A DNA stretch of 64,000 bases. It comes from Protoeuglena noctilucae. Taxonomy: Eukaryota. The position numbers were made by a program, and so were the translations under genes. The DNA lies in NCBI GenBank assembly GCA_958009085.1, contig OY253668.1, forward strand, positions 1,736,001-1,800,000, read 5' to 3'. The notes under the pieces were generated by a model. That model ran no database searches. It saw nothing but the letters and a program-made list of their open reading frames with translations, and was not told the DNA's origin. Positions within the stretch are counted from its first letter, which is position 1; each line of letters opens with the position of its first letter. Below, piece after piece: positions 53,378 to 64,000 of this stretch.

Positions 53378-54649
53378 ATGGGCATCATCAGCAACATTAG
53401 AGATGCGTTCAAGCCTCCAGACCCGAAGGAGCTGGTGCGGAAGTGGCAGAGGTGAGCGTGGAGCACAGCCCTGCGTGGGACCCTCGCGCGCGTCGCGGGA
53501 GGGGAAGCTGGCCGGGTCGGGAGCATCATCATGGCGCGGGACGTCAGAACTTTCCGTGGTAGAGTCCTCGACTCGCCCAGATGCGCGTGGGCGGCGCGTC
53601 AACCGGCCCAACTCGACCGCACTCCATGCTCGCAGGGAGGTGAGGGCGGAGCAGCGCAAGGTGGAGCGGGACATCCGGGAGGTGGAGGTGGAGCAGAAGA
53701 AAATGCAGGCGAACATCCGGGACGCGGCGAAGAGGTGGGATGCGCGCCTGGCCCAAGACGTGGCGGACCGAGCATCCCGTGCGCCACAGCTGCGGCCGCT
53801 TGCGCGCGCAGGAACGACATGGGATCACTAAAGATCCTCGGGAAAAGCTTTATACACAGCAAGAAGGTGATGAATCGGCTCTACTCGGCCAAGGCGAACC
53901 TCATTGGCATCAACACCCAGCTGCAGCAGCAGTCCGCGCTGGTAAGGCCGCTCGCCGCGCCTGGCTTTGCGGACATCCATCGAAAGTAGAGTCGCGGACC
54001 GCCGCACGTCCGCCCGCCCTCGCAGGTGCGCGTCACGGGGCACCTCGAGAAGTCGTCCGAAGTGATGGTGGCAGTGAGTCAGTGCATGAGCGTCCCCAAG
54101 ACGGCCGCGACGATGCGGGAGATGCAGAAGGAGATGTACAAGGCGGGGCTCATCGAGGAGGTCATGGAAGAGGGCATCGCGGACGCCATGGGGGACGACG
54201 AGGTGAGAGGCGCATGGTGCATGTCAGGAGAGACATGCGGCATCATCATGTGGATAGCAGCATCTGCTGCGTCTGCCGCGCGCTTGTGGCGGCCTGGGCG
54301 ACGAAGGGTACCTAGGTAAAGCGGTCGCATCGACCGTTGACACGCACGCACGCTTGGGTAGAATACCGCGTGTGCTGCTATCTGCTTTGCAGGTCGAGGA
54401 AGAGGCGGAGGAGGAGGTAAACAAGGTGCTGGAGGAGGTCGCGGGGGATATCATGGCATCTATGCCGGGGGCCCCGGCCAAGGTGAGGGGGGATGCCATA
54501 GTTGTGGGGACTGCCGGCGCCGTCCGTGGCAGAATGTGCGAGAGTCGCCGACGTGGCATGCCCGCTCGCATCTGCAGCGTCGGGAGGCGGCGGAGGTGGA
54601 GCAGGTGCAGGAGGCCATGCAGCAGCGGCTGCAATGGTTACGGTCGTAA
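53378..54649 (+). CDS. VPS24: ESCRT-III subunit VPS24/CHMP3, 6 exons
   Basis: 'PDPKELVRKWQR', 'IRDAAKRNDMGSLKIL', 'GHLEKSSEVM', 'KEMYKAGLIEEVM', C-terminal 'MQQRLQWLRS*'. Confidence 0.93.
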
Positions 54650-54835
54650 GGGAAGAGAAGATTCGCGTTGTTGCGTGGAGTTGCGCGAGACTCCCGAGCG
54701 CCGGGGATGTGCCCAGCGAGATTTCGCATGTCTGTCAGTGAGCGAGAGGAGGTAGCCACAAAGCCCTTGAAAGTCAGAGGCAGCAGCGGCTACTGCGGCC
54801 TCATCGGCGAGACAACTCCCATCGCGCAGCGGTCC

Positions 54836-55084
54836 TTAGTTGTTCGTCTTGTTGTGTTTCTTGGCGTAACGCTGCGGTCGGCAGCAGCGCGGGCGTCAGG
54901 GGGCCGGCCGCGAGCGCAGGGGGCGCTGCCAAGATGCATCCCCCGCCTGCCCCACCTGGTTCCGGAGGAACTTGGGGTCCATGCCCTTGGTGCTGATGTA
55001 GCGGTGGTTCTTCGGCTTCTTGATACCGTTGCGGTGAGCCTTCTTGTTCTGGTTGTGGTTGGTGTGGTTCTTCGACTTGGCCAT
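54836..55084 (-). CDS. RPL29: 60S ribosomal protein eL29, 2 coding exons
   Basis: '[54 protein letters not shown]'. Confidence 0.98.
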
Positions 55085-55741
55085 GGTGACCCCGCTCTCC
55101 CTGTGCGCGCGGGGGACGAAAAGGTCGGCAGCCGACGCCTGGGGTAGGAGAGACGCGCGACGGGGCCGAGAGAGCGAGACCCAGCCCGCGAACGGGGCGC
55201 GGGCAGGGGGTGGGGGCCGCGACAAAGGCAGGAGAGGGATCACGCGCCAGGGACTGCGCACGGAGCGGTGCGCGCGAGCTCCACAAACGCACGCAGCGGG
55301 TAGAAACACAACGCGCGCTCCCTGGCCCCCGCGAGACGCGCCGAGAGGCCGCCTCCGGCCCAGAGATGAGAGGCGCGGCGGTAGCCCCGGCCGCGGCATG
55401 CGAGCGTCAGGCGGTGAAACAAGAGGCGACGGCTGATGCGAGCGGGCCCTCCCGGCCCCGCGGGAGAGCCCGCGAGCCCGCGACGCGGCCGTCGCCCCTC
55501 CCCCCGCGCCGCTGCGCACCTGTCCCGCCTGCGTAGGCCAAGTCGTTTCGAGAAGGGCGGCGGGGGACGCGCGCGGCGAGCTTTCACCGCGATGCGGCGC
55601 TGTCAGAAACACATTTGCCAGAGATGCGCAGTTCACGACGGATGGGCTCGCAAGCATCGTCTTCGCGGCTAGGACAACAAGGACTATCGCCAGCGCTCCT
55701 CTGCTGGCGCCAGCGCCCCACTGGTGGCGCGTATCACGCGC

Positions 55742-56256
55742 TCACAGCGGCTTGCGCGCGACTGGGCCCCTGAGCTCGTCACAGCCGCTGCACTCTCGCT
55801 TCGCGTTGTCCTTGGTCGTAGGCATCTTGCGGCCGCTCTCCTGCGACAGGAGGAACGCTAGATGTCCGCTGTCAATCAACCCCATCAAAGCCCGATATTT
55901 CCTGGATGTTTCCCTGCCCGCTTGCCTCAATATCCTTCTTCAGCGCTTCGTAACGCGGGTTCTCTCCGCGCTGAACCCGCTCAATGTCTGCCCGGCCGCC
56001 GTACGCGCGCGCGGGAGGCGCCAGCAGGAGCGCCAGGGGTGCCGCGAGCCGAGCAATGGCAGCCCGGCGCCCCGCCGTCACCGACGCTTTTTCTGCGCCC
56101 ATGGCAAAATGCAGGGATGGGTCAGGGAGTCATCGGCCAGAGGCAACCGCCACTCCGTCCGTACCACTCGTCCTTGCATCGTCAATCTGCCGCAAAGCGC
56201 CTCCCACCTGGCCCAGCAGACGCTGCGGGGGCGACCCCGAGTGCGGAAGAAAGCAT
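55742..56256 (-). CDS. Small putative thylakoid-lumen (Tat) protein with CxxC; may have an extra upstream exon
   Basis: Exons 56256-56208, 56092-55926 (GC donor) and 55840-55742 join in phase: MLSSALGVAPAASAGPEKASVTAGRRAAIARLAAPLALLLAPPARA/YGGRADIERVQRGENPRYEALKKDIEESGRKMPTTKDNAKRECSGCDELRGPVARKPL*. Confidence 0.65.
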
Positions 56257-56576
56257 CGCGACCCTCAGGCGCCCCAATACCGGGCCACTGCCGATCTGGT
56301 AGACGTTAGCGCGTTGACGCGAGTGTCCAATGCAAATCAAGGTCGCGATTGTCAAAAGCTTTTCGAAAAGCGATAACGGGCCATTGGATAAGGAAGCAGG
56401 CAGGCAGCACTTCCTTCCTTTCTTTTCGTTTCCCCACGGTCCAGGTCTCTTGCAGGGCCGCACCCACACCGGCCGACTGACACAATGCTGGTAGAGAATC
56501 GAGCTGCTACCCCAGGGCCTGCCATCACTCCAATCCGCTTCTGTCGAGGCTCGGCGACCTCGGCCTGCTCGCTCGC

Positions 56577-59500
56577 ATGGAAGTAGCAGAGCGCGTGCGG
56601 GCATCGGACGACCCGCACCTGATTGAGCGCTTTGAGCACGCCGTGGCGGTCGTTGAGCGAGCGGTGGCGCTCTACGGACTGCAAGGATGCTCCATGTGAG
56701 ATCGTGCGCCGCGCCTTGCTGTCCGCGCGTCGCATAGCCCTGCCTCGGGAACGCACTGTGGAAGCGCTTATTGAACTTGCTCGCCGCTCGCTCGCAGCTC
56801 GTTCAATGGCGGGAAGGACTCCACGGTTCTTCTTCACGTCGTCAGGGCCGCGCTGGCCCTCCACTTCCCCGGTATCGAGGCGCCCTTTGGCGCGAAGGGC
56901 GTCCGGGCTTTCTTCTTCCACCGCGACGATGATTTTCCGGAGGTCATCGACTTCGTGAGAGAGACGAACGAGCAGTACAAGTGCGGCGCGCGACGGAGCG
57001 GCGGCTCGTCGGGGATTCGCACATCTACAGGTCGCAGCTACCTCGCGTCGCCCCTCTTCGCCCCGCAGTGTGTCTATCTGGTCGGTGCGGACCGAGGATT
57101 ACAAGGATGGCATGGTCGGGGTGCTGCGGGAGCTGGCGACCCCCGCGGTGCTCCTCGGGACGCGGCGCGGGGACCCCAACGCGCAGGCGAGGATGTGCAC
57201 GGCCTCGGATAGATCGAAAGGGGCCTGTTTCGATGCGCATGGCCGTGAACTGGTTTCGATGCAAAGCATATTTTGCAAAGAGCCACAGCATTGGGCCAAA
57301 CATGCTACGCTCAGATGCTTTTTGTCATCAATCTGGTTCTGGGTGTCGTCTTTTGCAGGGCCAGGAGCACTTCTCCCCTTCCTCCCCCGAGTGGCCGCCG
57401 TTCATGAGGCGAGCGAGCGACTGTAGAGCGAGCGATGAGTCGTCTCCCCGATGCAAGTGCAAGTGTGCATGAAAGAGAGATTGCTTGCTTACCATGGCAC
57501 ACGCAGGGTCAACCCCATCCTCCATTGGTCGTATGCCGAGGTCTGGTCCTTCCTGCAATCCACCCAAGTGCCGTTCTGGTGATTGCTTGCATCGTCACCA
57601 CACATACTATCACGCCATCTGTGGAATGTCTATTGGTGTTACGCACTGCTCCTTGTCTCGCCACCCATGCCCCAACGAGCACCTCACCCCGCCCCCCACC
57701 CCGCTTACCCCCGCCCAGTTCCCTCTATCGCTCTGGCTACACCAGCCTGGGCCCCACGCACGCCACCATGCCCAACCACGCACTGAGGCAGAAGGACGGC
57801 AGCTACCTGCCCGCATGGCAGCTGGCAGACGGGAGGATGGAGCGGGCGGGCAGGTGAGTGGATTGCGTGTATGGCAGTAATTAGGATGCGGTGTTTGCAG
57901 ATAGTCGCGGTGCTTGTGATGCGATCCCAGCCACCATCGCCCACCCCACCACCCAAACCCCTCACACCAACACCCCCCACCCCCCTCTCCTCCCCCCTCA
58001 GAGCCTCCAAGCTCCACCCCTCCCCCTCCGGCGTCATGGGCCTGACCCGCAGCGCGGCGGCGGTGATTGTGGGCGACGAGGTGCTGGCAGCCAAAGTTAA
58101 AGACGAGAACGGATCCGTGCTGTGCCGATTGCTGCGACAGTTGGGGTGGTCGGTGGGGCGCATGGCAGTGCTGCCGGATGATGTGGAGAGCATTGCTAAA
58201 GAGGTGCAGGGGGCGATGCGTCAGTTCGCGGCCGTGCTGGTGGCGGGGGGCATTGGGCCGACGATGGACGACGTGACGGTGGAGGGGGTGGCGAAGGTGA
58301 GAGGGTGGTGGAAAGGGATAATTGCAACGAAGTGTCGTAATTAACTTACTCTTCTTATATAGTTATCCATAATTACGTGTACATTTTAGCACGTTTTATC
58401 CCCTTCTTCCTTCTACCCACCCCCCAGGCCCTCCACCGCCGCCCCGTGCGTCACCAGGGATTGGAGCGGCGCATGCGGGCGTGGTTTGGGGAATCATGCA
58501 CCGACGCGCATTTGAAGATGTGCGAGGTACCGGATGATGAGACGGTCACATTGCTGGAGGGGGAGGGGGAGGGGGTGGGTGGGGGTGGGGAGAGTGGAGG
58601 TGGGGTGGGTGGTGAGAGTGGGGAGAGTGGGGGGAGTGGGGAGAGTGGGGGTGTGACTAAGAGTGGTGGTGGTGACAGGGGCGGCGGTGGGAGTGGGAAA
58701 GCAGCGGGTGGGGATGAGGGGGTTGCACGGGGTGGCGATGAGGGGCTGGCGGGGCTGGGGGCCGGCGGGGGCGACAGGCGCGGGCCCAGCCCGTTCCCGG
58801 TAGTGCAGGTGATATTTGGTTATAATAACAGCGATAAGGTTCATATTGGTTAATATGTGAAACTATGTAATAATAATAACTATTAATTATTGTACAAGAC
58901 ATAACATGCAATCAAATACAACATTTTATTGTATAATCATCAATATAAATGCTAGTACTTCTTTACACCCCCCAGGTCCGCAACGTGTTCCTCCTCCCCG
59001 GCGTCCCCCACCTGCTGTCGCGCAAGCTGCCTGTTGTAAAGTCGGCATTGCTAGCCATGGACGCCCATGCGCCGCTGCAGCCTTTCCAGAGCACGTTGCT
59101 GCGGCTGAGGGAGGGGGACGAGACGAGGGTGGCGCCCGCACTGAGGGAGGCGCAGGAAGCGGCGGGTGAGTATGGGTGGTGGTGGAGGGGTGGTGGTTGA
59201 TGATGCATTTGTATATGTATACTATAATTTATATGCATGCTATGTTTGGTGTCTGCGGTGGGTCTGTGAGGGTGGCATTTGCACTGAGGGAGGCGCAGGA
59301 AGCGGCGGGTGGGGGGGGGGGGGGGGATAGGGGTGAGGGCGTGATGGTCTGCGATTTGCGGGGATTTCAAAGCACACATGTCTGGAATTGATATATAAGA
59401 TGAGTAAAGATGATTTATGATAAAGGAAGATAGTTTTGTATGCAATGCCAGACACCACCACCACACCTCTCCCGATCCCTCTCCCCCACCCCCAGGCTGC

Positions 59501-59704
59501 GAGGTGCGGGTGGGGTCATACCCGGTCGATCGCCAGTCTGACGGGTGTCAGTTGGTGGTTTCATTGGAGGGCAAGAACGCGGGGCTGGTGAGGGACGCGG
59601 TAAGGGACCTGGTGAAGAGGCTGCCGGAGGGGTGCGTGGTGGGGGGCCCGATGAAGGGGGGGGAGGGGTTGCTGTTGGGGGTGGGGGGAGAGGATTTGAA
59701 TTAG
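56577..59704 (+). CDS. FAD synthase (PAPS-reductase-like domain plus C-terminal molybdopterin-binding/CinA-like domain), ~10 exons
   Basis: 'SFNGGKDSTVLLH', 'GTRRGDPNA', 'FSPSSPEWPPFMRVNPIL.W', 'SLYRSGYTSLG', 'ERAGR', 'VGDEVL..KVKDEN', 'GGIGPTMDDVT', 'NVFLLPGVP', 'GSYP'. Confidence 0.95.
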
Positions 59705-60009
59705 AGGGGAGGGGCTGTTGTTGGGGGTGGGGGGAGAGGAGGAGGGTGTGGGAGGGGTGGGGTGGGGTTGATGTAAGTGAATGCGTTTTGATTGATTGAT
59801 GGATCGATTGGTTGCATCGTCTCTGGCCTTGGGCTTCTGTTATTGAAAAGCAATTTATGTGCAAATAGTGGCAGAAGTGCGATTCAAATCACGAACAGCG
59901 CCGTCAGTCGCACACACTACTACCCACAGCACCACAGAACCGCTATTCTAGGTACACCAGCAGTGCCCCCCACAAACACACACACATCACGTTTCCACAT
60001 CACATCACA

Positions 60010-62534
60010 TCACGTTCCCTCTTTCTGCCTTCCCAGCAACCCCCCGTGCCGCTTGGGAGCACCGCGCTTTGCCCCCACACCCANNNNNNNNNNNNNNNNN
60101 NNNNNNNNNNNNNNNNNNNNNNNNNNNNNNNNNNNNNNNNNNNNNNNNNNNNNNNNNNNNNNNNNNNNNNNNNNNNNNNNNNNNNNNNNNNNNNNNNNNN
60201 NNNNNNNNNNNNNNNNNNNNNNNNNNNNNNNNNNNNNNNNNNNNNNNNNNNNNNNNNNNNNNNNNNNNNNNNNNNNNNNNNNNTTGACTATAATTACTCA
60301 CCAACTATTTATTTATCACAATATCAATAAAACAGCAATCGCTCGCCTTGCTCGTCGTACGCCCCCTCCCACGGCTCCTCCACCACCTCCCCATTCACCA
60401 CCGCCGTCCGCCCCCCCCCTCGGTCCCCCCTGTTTACTGCCACCCGCTCCACTGCCAGTGTTGTGCCAGTGTTGGCGACCGAGGGCGGCAGCGGGGGCGG
60501 GGCGTGGATGGCGCGACCGTCCAACAGCGATAGGGCGGGCAGTGCGCGTGCGATGGCTGCGGCGTAAGCGGCTGGGTCGGACTGCGGGTGGGGGAGGATA
60601 AGAAGGGTGGGGTTTGATATGGGATTTTATATTTAAATAATATTTGAGTAATGATGGTGGTGATATGGGTGCCGAGTGATGGAACAGCGGTCCATGGCGT
60701 GAGTGAGGAGGCACAACCGTTAGGTACTAAAATAACTAATTTATATATTATATAATCAAACATACATCATGTGATAACCATCACCCTCTCACCTGCTCCA
60801 TGGGGTTCCCCGCCCCCGTCACTTCGGCCAGCTCCGTGCACCCCTCGATGGCCCACAGAAAGTGACTCAGATCACGGACCATGTTGCTGGCCATGTCTAG
60901 AGTGTCGAGAGATGGGGCGACGTCTGGGGGGAGGGGGGGTGGGGGATGGGGTCAAGCGATTAGTTGATATATATAGCTCAAAGCTTTCTAGTAAGCAAAG
61001 CGACGTTGGGTGAGCAGACGAAAAAGCACGGAATGAATGGGTTTGCATCTCATCTGCTATCTTTAGCAAACATATACGCCCAACCCGTCCGTCATGCGCC
61101 CAACACCATCCCTTCACCCTCACCCGCAAGCCTGGGCAGTTTTGTGACGTGGTTCTCTGACACGTCGATCTCCACCAGTTGGGGAAAGCACGTTCCCGAC
61201 AGGCACTCGATCTCCGAAAGGTCGTTCCGGGGGGCGCGGAGGACTTCCAAAGTCGCAGCGCAGGACAGCAGGGGGCGGAGGGTGGGGACGCGGTTGCCAT
61301 GCACCGAGAGCTCCCTGGGATGGGGAGAGTGGTGACGGTAGTATGCTATGAATTTGCACAGTAAGTATGAGTAACTATGATACGGATTGAGCAGCTGCAC
61401 ATTCCCATCTCAAGCAGTCCCAACTGCACACCCCCACCCATCCCCCCCACCTGAGCTTGTTGAGGTGCGACACGTCACTCAAACTGGCAATCGCGTTGTC
61501 CCTGAGCGACAGGTCCTCGATTCCCGGCAGCAGACGCAGGCCACGCAGGGACGTGAGGCCGCACCCGTCCATCGCCAACTGACTCAGCTGCGGGGGGATA
61601 CGAAACGACTGGAAGGTGACTGGCAGATGGCGTTAGAACCTAGAACAACAGCATAGCACGATATCATCAGTCCCACAGCCTTTGCTCAGGTTACCACCAC
61701 AGCACGACCCCGCCACCACCCCACCCACAAGCACCGCACCTGTGGCAGCTCTGGGATGCCGTCCAATGAAGGTATCGTGTTGCCAGAGAGGTCCAGGGTG
61801 CGCAGGGATCGGATCTGGGGGAGGCCCTTCATCGACGTTAGGCGGTTGGACGCCAGAAAGAGGTTCTGCAGCATGGGAAGCTGCGACCGGAGGGGGGAGG
61901 TGGGAGAGGTGAGAGGCATGCTAAAACTAACTCTGAGGATGGTACAGCCAGCAACGTATGGTATGGTACAGCCCGGCAGGCGCGGCCAGCCTTTGCTTTG
62001 TGCTGCACCTATCCACCCGCATATCCACTCGCCTTGGGCAGTTCCGCGAGGCTGGCGAGATGATTGGAGTACAGCACCAGCTCCCTCAGCTGTGTGGCGG
62101 AAGACAGCGACTGGAAGCTGGCAATCGCGTTCGTGCTGAGATCCAGCGTGCGAAGGTTAGCTGCTCCGGCGAGCTCGGGAGGCACGGCCGACAGCCCGCA
62201 GTCGCGCAGTGCCAGGGAAGGGGCGCGGCTCAGGTCCTGGCCTTGCAGGGCGGAGGCGACGGGGGCGGAAATCTCGACACTACGCTCCGATGCTGCGGGG
62301 GGGGAGTGGGTGGGATAATTTAAGCGATGAGGTGAAGGGATGTAATGTGGATGAGACTTGTTTGCGAGCGGTGTTTCGGAATGGTGGGAGCTACGAGAGA
62401 ACCAGCAGTGCCGGGCCTGTGGGCTGACCTCGCTTGGTGGGAAGGGGCAGCGCGCGTGGCTTCGAGGATTTGGACGACGCCACGGAGATTGCGGAGCTCC
62501 GCTCGGCCTCGAGCGCCGCTCCTTTCGTCGACAT
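60010..62534 (-). CDS. Leucine-rich-repeat protein (SDS22-like LRRs); 3' end uncertain, crosses gap
   Basis: Repeated LxxLxLxxNxIxxL: 'LRELVLYSNHL', 'LQNLFLASNRL', 'LRTLDLSGNTI', 'IEDLSLRDNAI', 'ELSVHGNRV', 'IDVSENHV'. GC donors at 62032 and 60346. Confidence 0.8.
60084..60283. other. Assembly gap (200 N)
   Basis: Run of N. Confidence 1.
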
Positions 62535-62975
62535 GGCTCTGCCTGGGGCCGGAACGGGCAGTTTGCTTGTGATGCCAGTGCAAGCGAGGAGCGAGCGAAG
62601 CGCCCCGCGCCCTCCAGAGGTCGTTCGCGGACGCTGCCATAATCTCAACCTCTGATGTACTCGATAGCGAACCGCAGACGAGGAATCGCGGCTGGCAGGC
62701 GCCGCGGAGGGGAACGGGAGGGCTTCCCGGTCGCACGACAGCCCCGGCGCACCTACGCGATCGACTCTGGCCGACTACTCATCCCCCAGCTGTTTGCCGT
62801 TGCTCAAAGCGTCGAGGACTGCCCCCAGACAGCGACCGCGAGCCCCGGATGGACCGAGCGGTGCGTGTTGCCTGTGCGGGGCTGAACTCGTTTTTCACAA
62901 AGGCTGCGGATGCGACAGTCATAGCCCGCACATCTATGGCAGCTACAAAAGCAGCACGGGCTGCCTGGATTTCGA

Positions 62976-64000
62976 ATGGAGGCCTGGAACGGCTCGGGTA
63001 AGATACCCTGGGCTGCCAGCGGGCTGAGCGCGGCGACCTTCGCGCTCAAGGCCGAGGCGACAGTGCACGTCGATCGAGATATTCTGCTCACGCCGACTGC
63101 ATTGATGGATTGACTGGGCCGCGTGGCTGACGAGCGTTTTGCTCCTGATTTTCCCCGCTTGTGCCCCGCGAGCGCGTCGTTTGCAGCCACAGACTGGCCA
63201 GAAGCAGGTGTATCGTGTCACGGTCCCTTTGGGGGGCCAAAGGAGCCCTCCATGTCCAAGGACTCCAGCGGGGCCCTGGCCACGCTCGGGGGTGACAATG
63301 TGCATTTCAAGCTGAACGACATGGGGGGGTCCGGCGGGGCGCCCAAGCTCCCGCTTTACAAGCTGGACCCCAACAGGTGCCGGCGCACGGCTGAGCGCGT
63401 CCTGCGCGGGCCGCGCCGTGCCGCATTTGTGTTGGCATGCCGCGGCTGCTGCACGCGCCGGCGCGCGCGCGTCCGCCGGGCCAGCGTCGCCGCACGCGTC
63501 TCTTTCGTCGGATTGCAGGCCTGTGTCGACAAACACCACCGCGCCGAGCACCTCGCGGCCGACGACCGTCCCGAACAGCGCGGTCCGCCCCAGCCGCAAG
63601 ACCGTGGCCTCCGCGGGCCCTCGACGCGCCCGGGACCTTGCGGATGCATCGTTTCAGCCGCTTTTGCCAGCGAGCGCAAGCGGCACGCCGCGGCAGGCCT
63701 GGGTGAGCGCTCGCACTCGGCTGCGCCCCGCTCGCCGCGTTGCCGCGACAACATCAAGCCCTCCCCTGCTCCCGCGCGCTCACAGGGCACTACAATGGCT
63801 CCTAATTCGCGTCCGTCGACCACCGTGGACGTCGCGCGGTCCCTGGCGCCGCAGCTGGGTGAGTCTTTCGGCGCCATCTCGCCCCTCACGCCCCTCACCC
63901 GTCACGCCCGCACTGAAAGCATCGTCCCGTGCTGTCCTCGCAGCCAAGCGGCCCCTATCCTCGACGGCGCCGGGCCTCTGGCAGGGCCGGGGCGGGGCTA
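62976..64000 (+). CDS. 5' part of an unknown multi-exon gene (runs off right edge)
   Basis: Exons 62976-62997, 63187-63376, 63519-63702, 63787-63858 and 63944-end join with consistent phases and GT-AG sites. S/T/P-rich with no recognisable domain. Confidence 0.45.

Overview
Gene-dense, GC-rich, intron-rich eukaryotic nuclear DNA, most likely from a green alga. Evidence: thylakoid bestrophin, HHL1, OEP80/Toc75-V, plant-type gamma-CA and plant-type FAD synthase. I reconstructed about 23 spliced genes by hand, in nearly strictly alternating orientation: ORP3-like OSBP, bestrophin, gamma-CA, HHL1, a pseudokinase/beta-helix fusion plus an internally deleted tandem copy, an 8xIQ/coiled-coil/WW protein, an orphan gene with an in-frame TGA, BMS1, OEP80, an FAD monooxygenase, a BRO1-like protein, TRAPPC2, a coiled-coil protein, DUF212, U1-C, alpha-SNAP, VPS24, RPL29, a small Tat-signal CxxC protein that the ORF track does not show as a single ORF, FAD synthase, an LRR protein and a 5' gene fragment. 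The most striking signals concern gene architecture and splicing. (1) About 19 introns carry degenerate tandem 'echo' copies of their own splice junction or adjacent exon end, about 50-145 nt into the intron, decaying by CpG-type transitions. (2) A sawtooth base skew is locked to splice sites (C-rich around acceptors, G-rich around donors, AT-rich intron core) and extends into synonymous codons. (3) About 22 of roughly 120 inferred introns use GC donors (AG|GCRAG), and the local U1-C has substitutions in its normally conserved 5'-splice-site-binding region. All gene models and counts are manual, with no RNA evidence or database searches.
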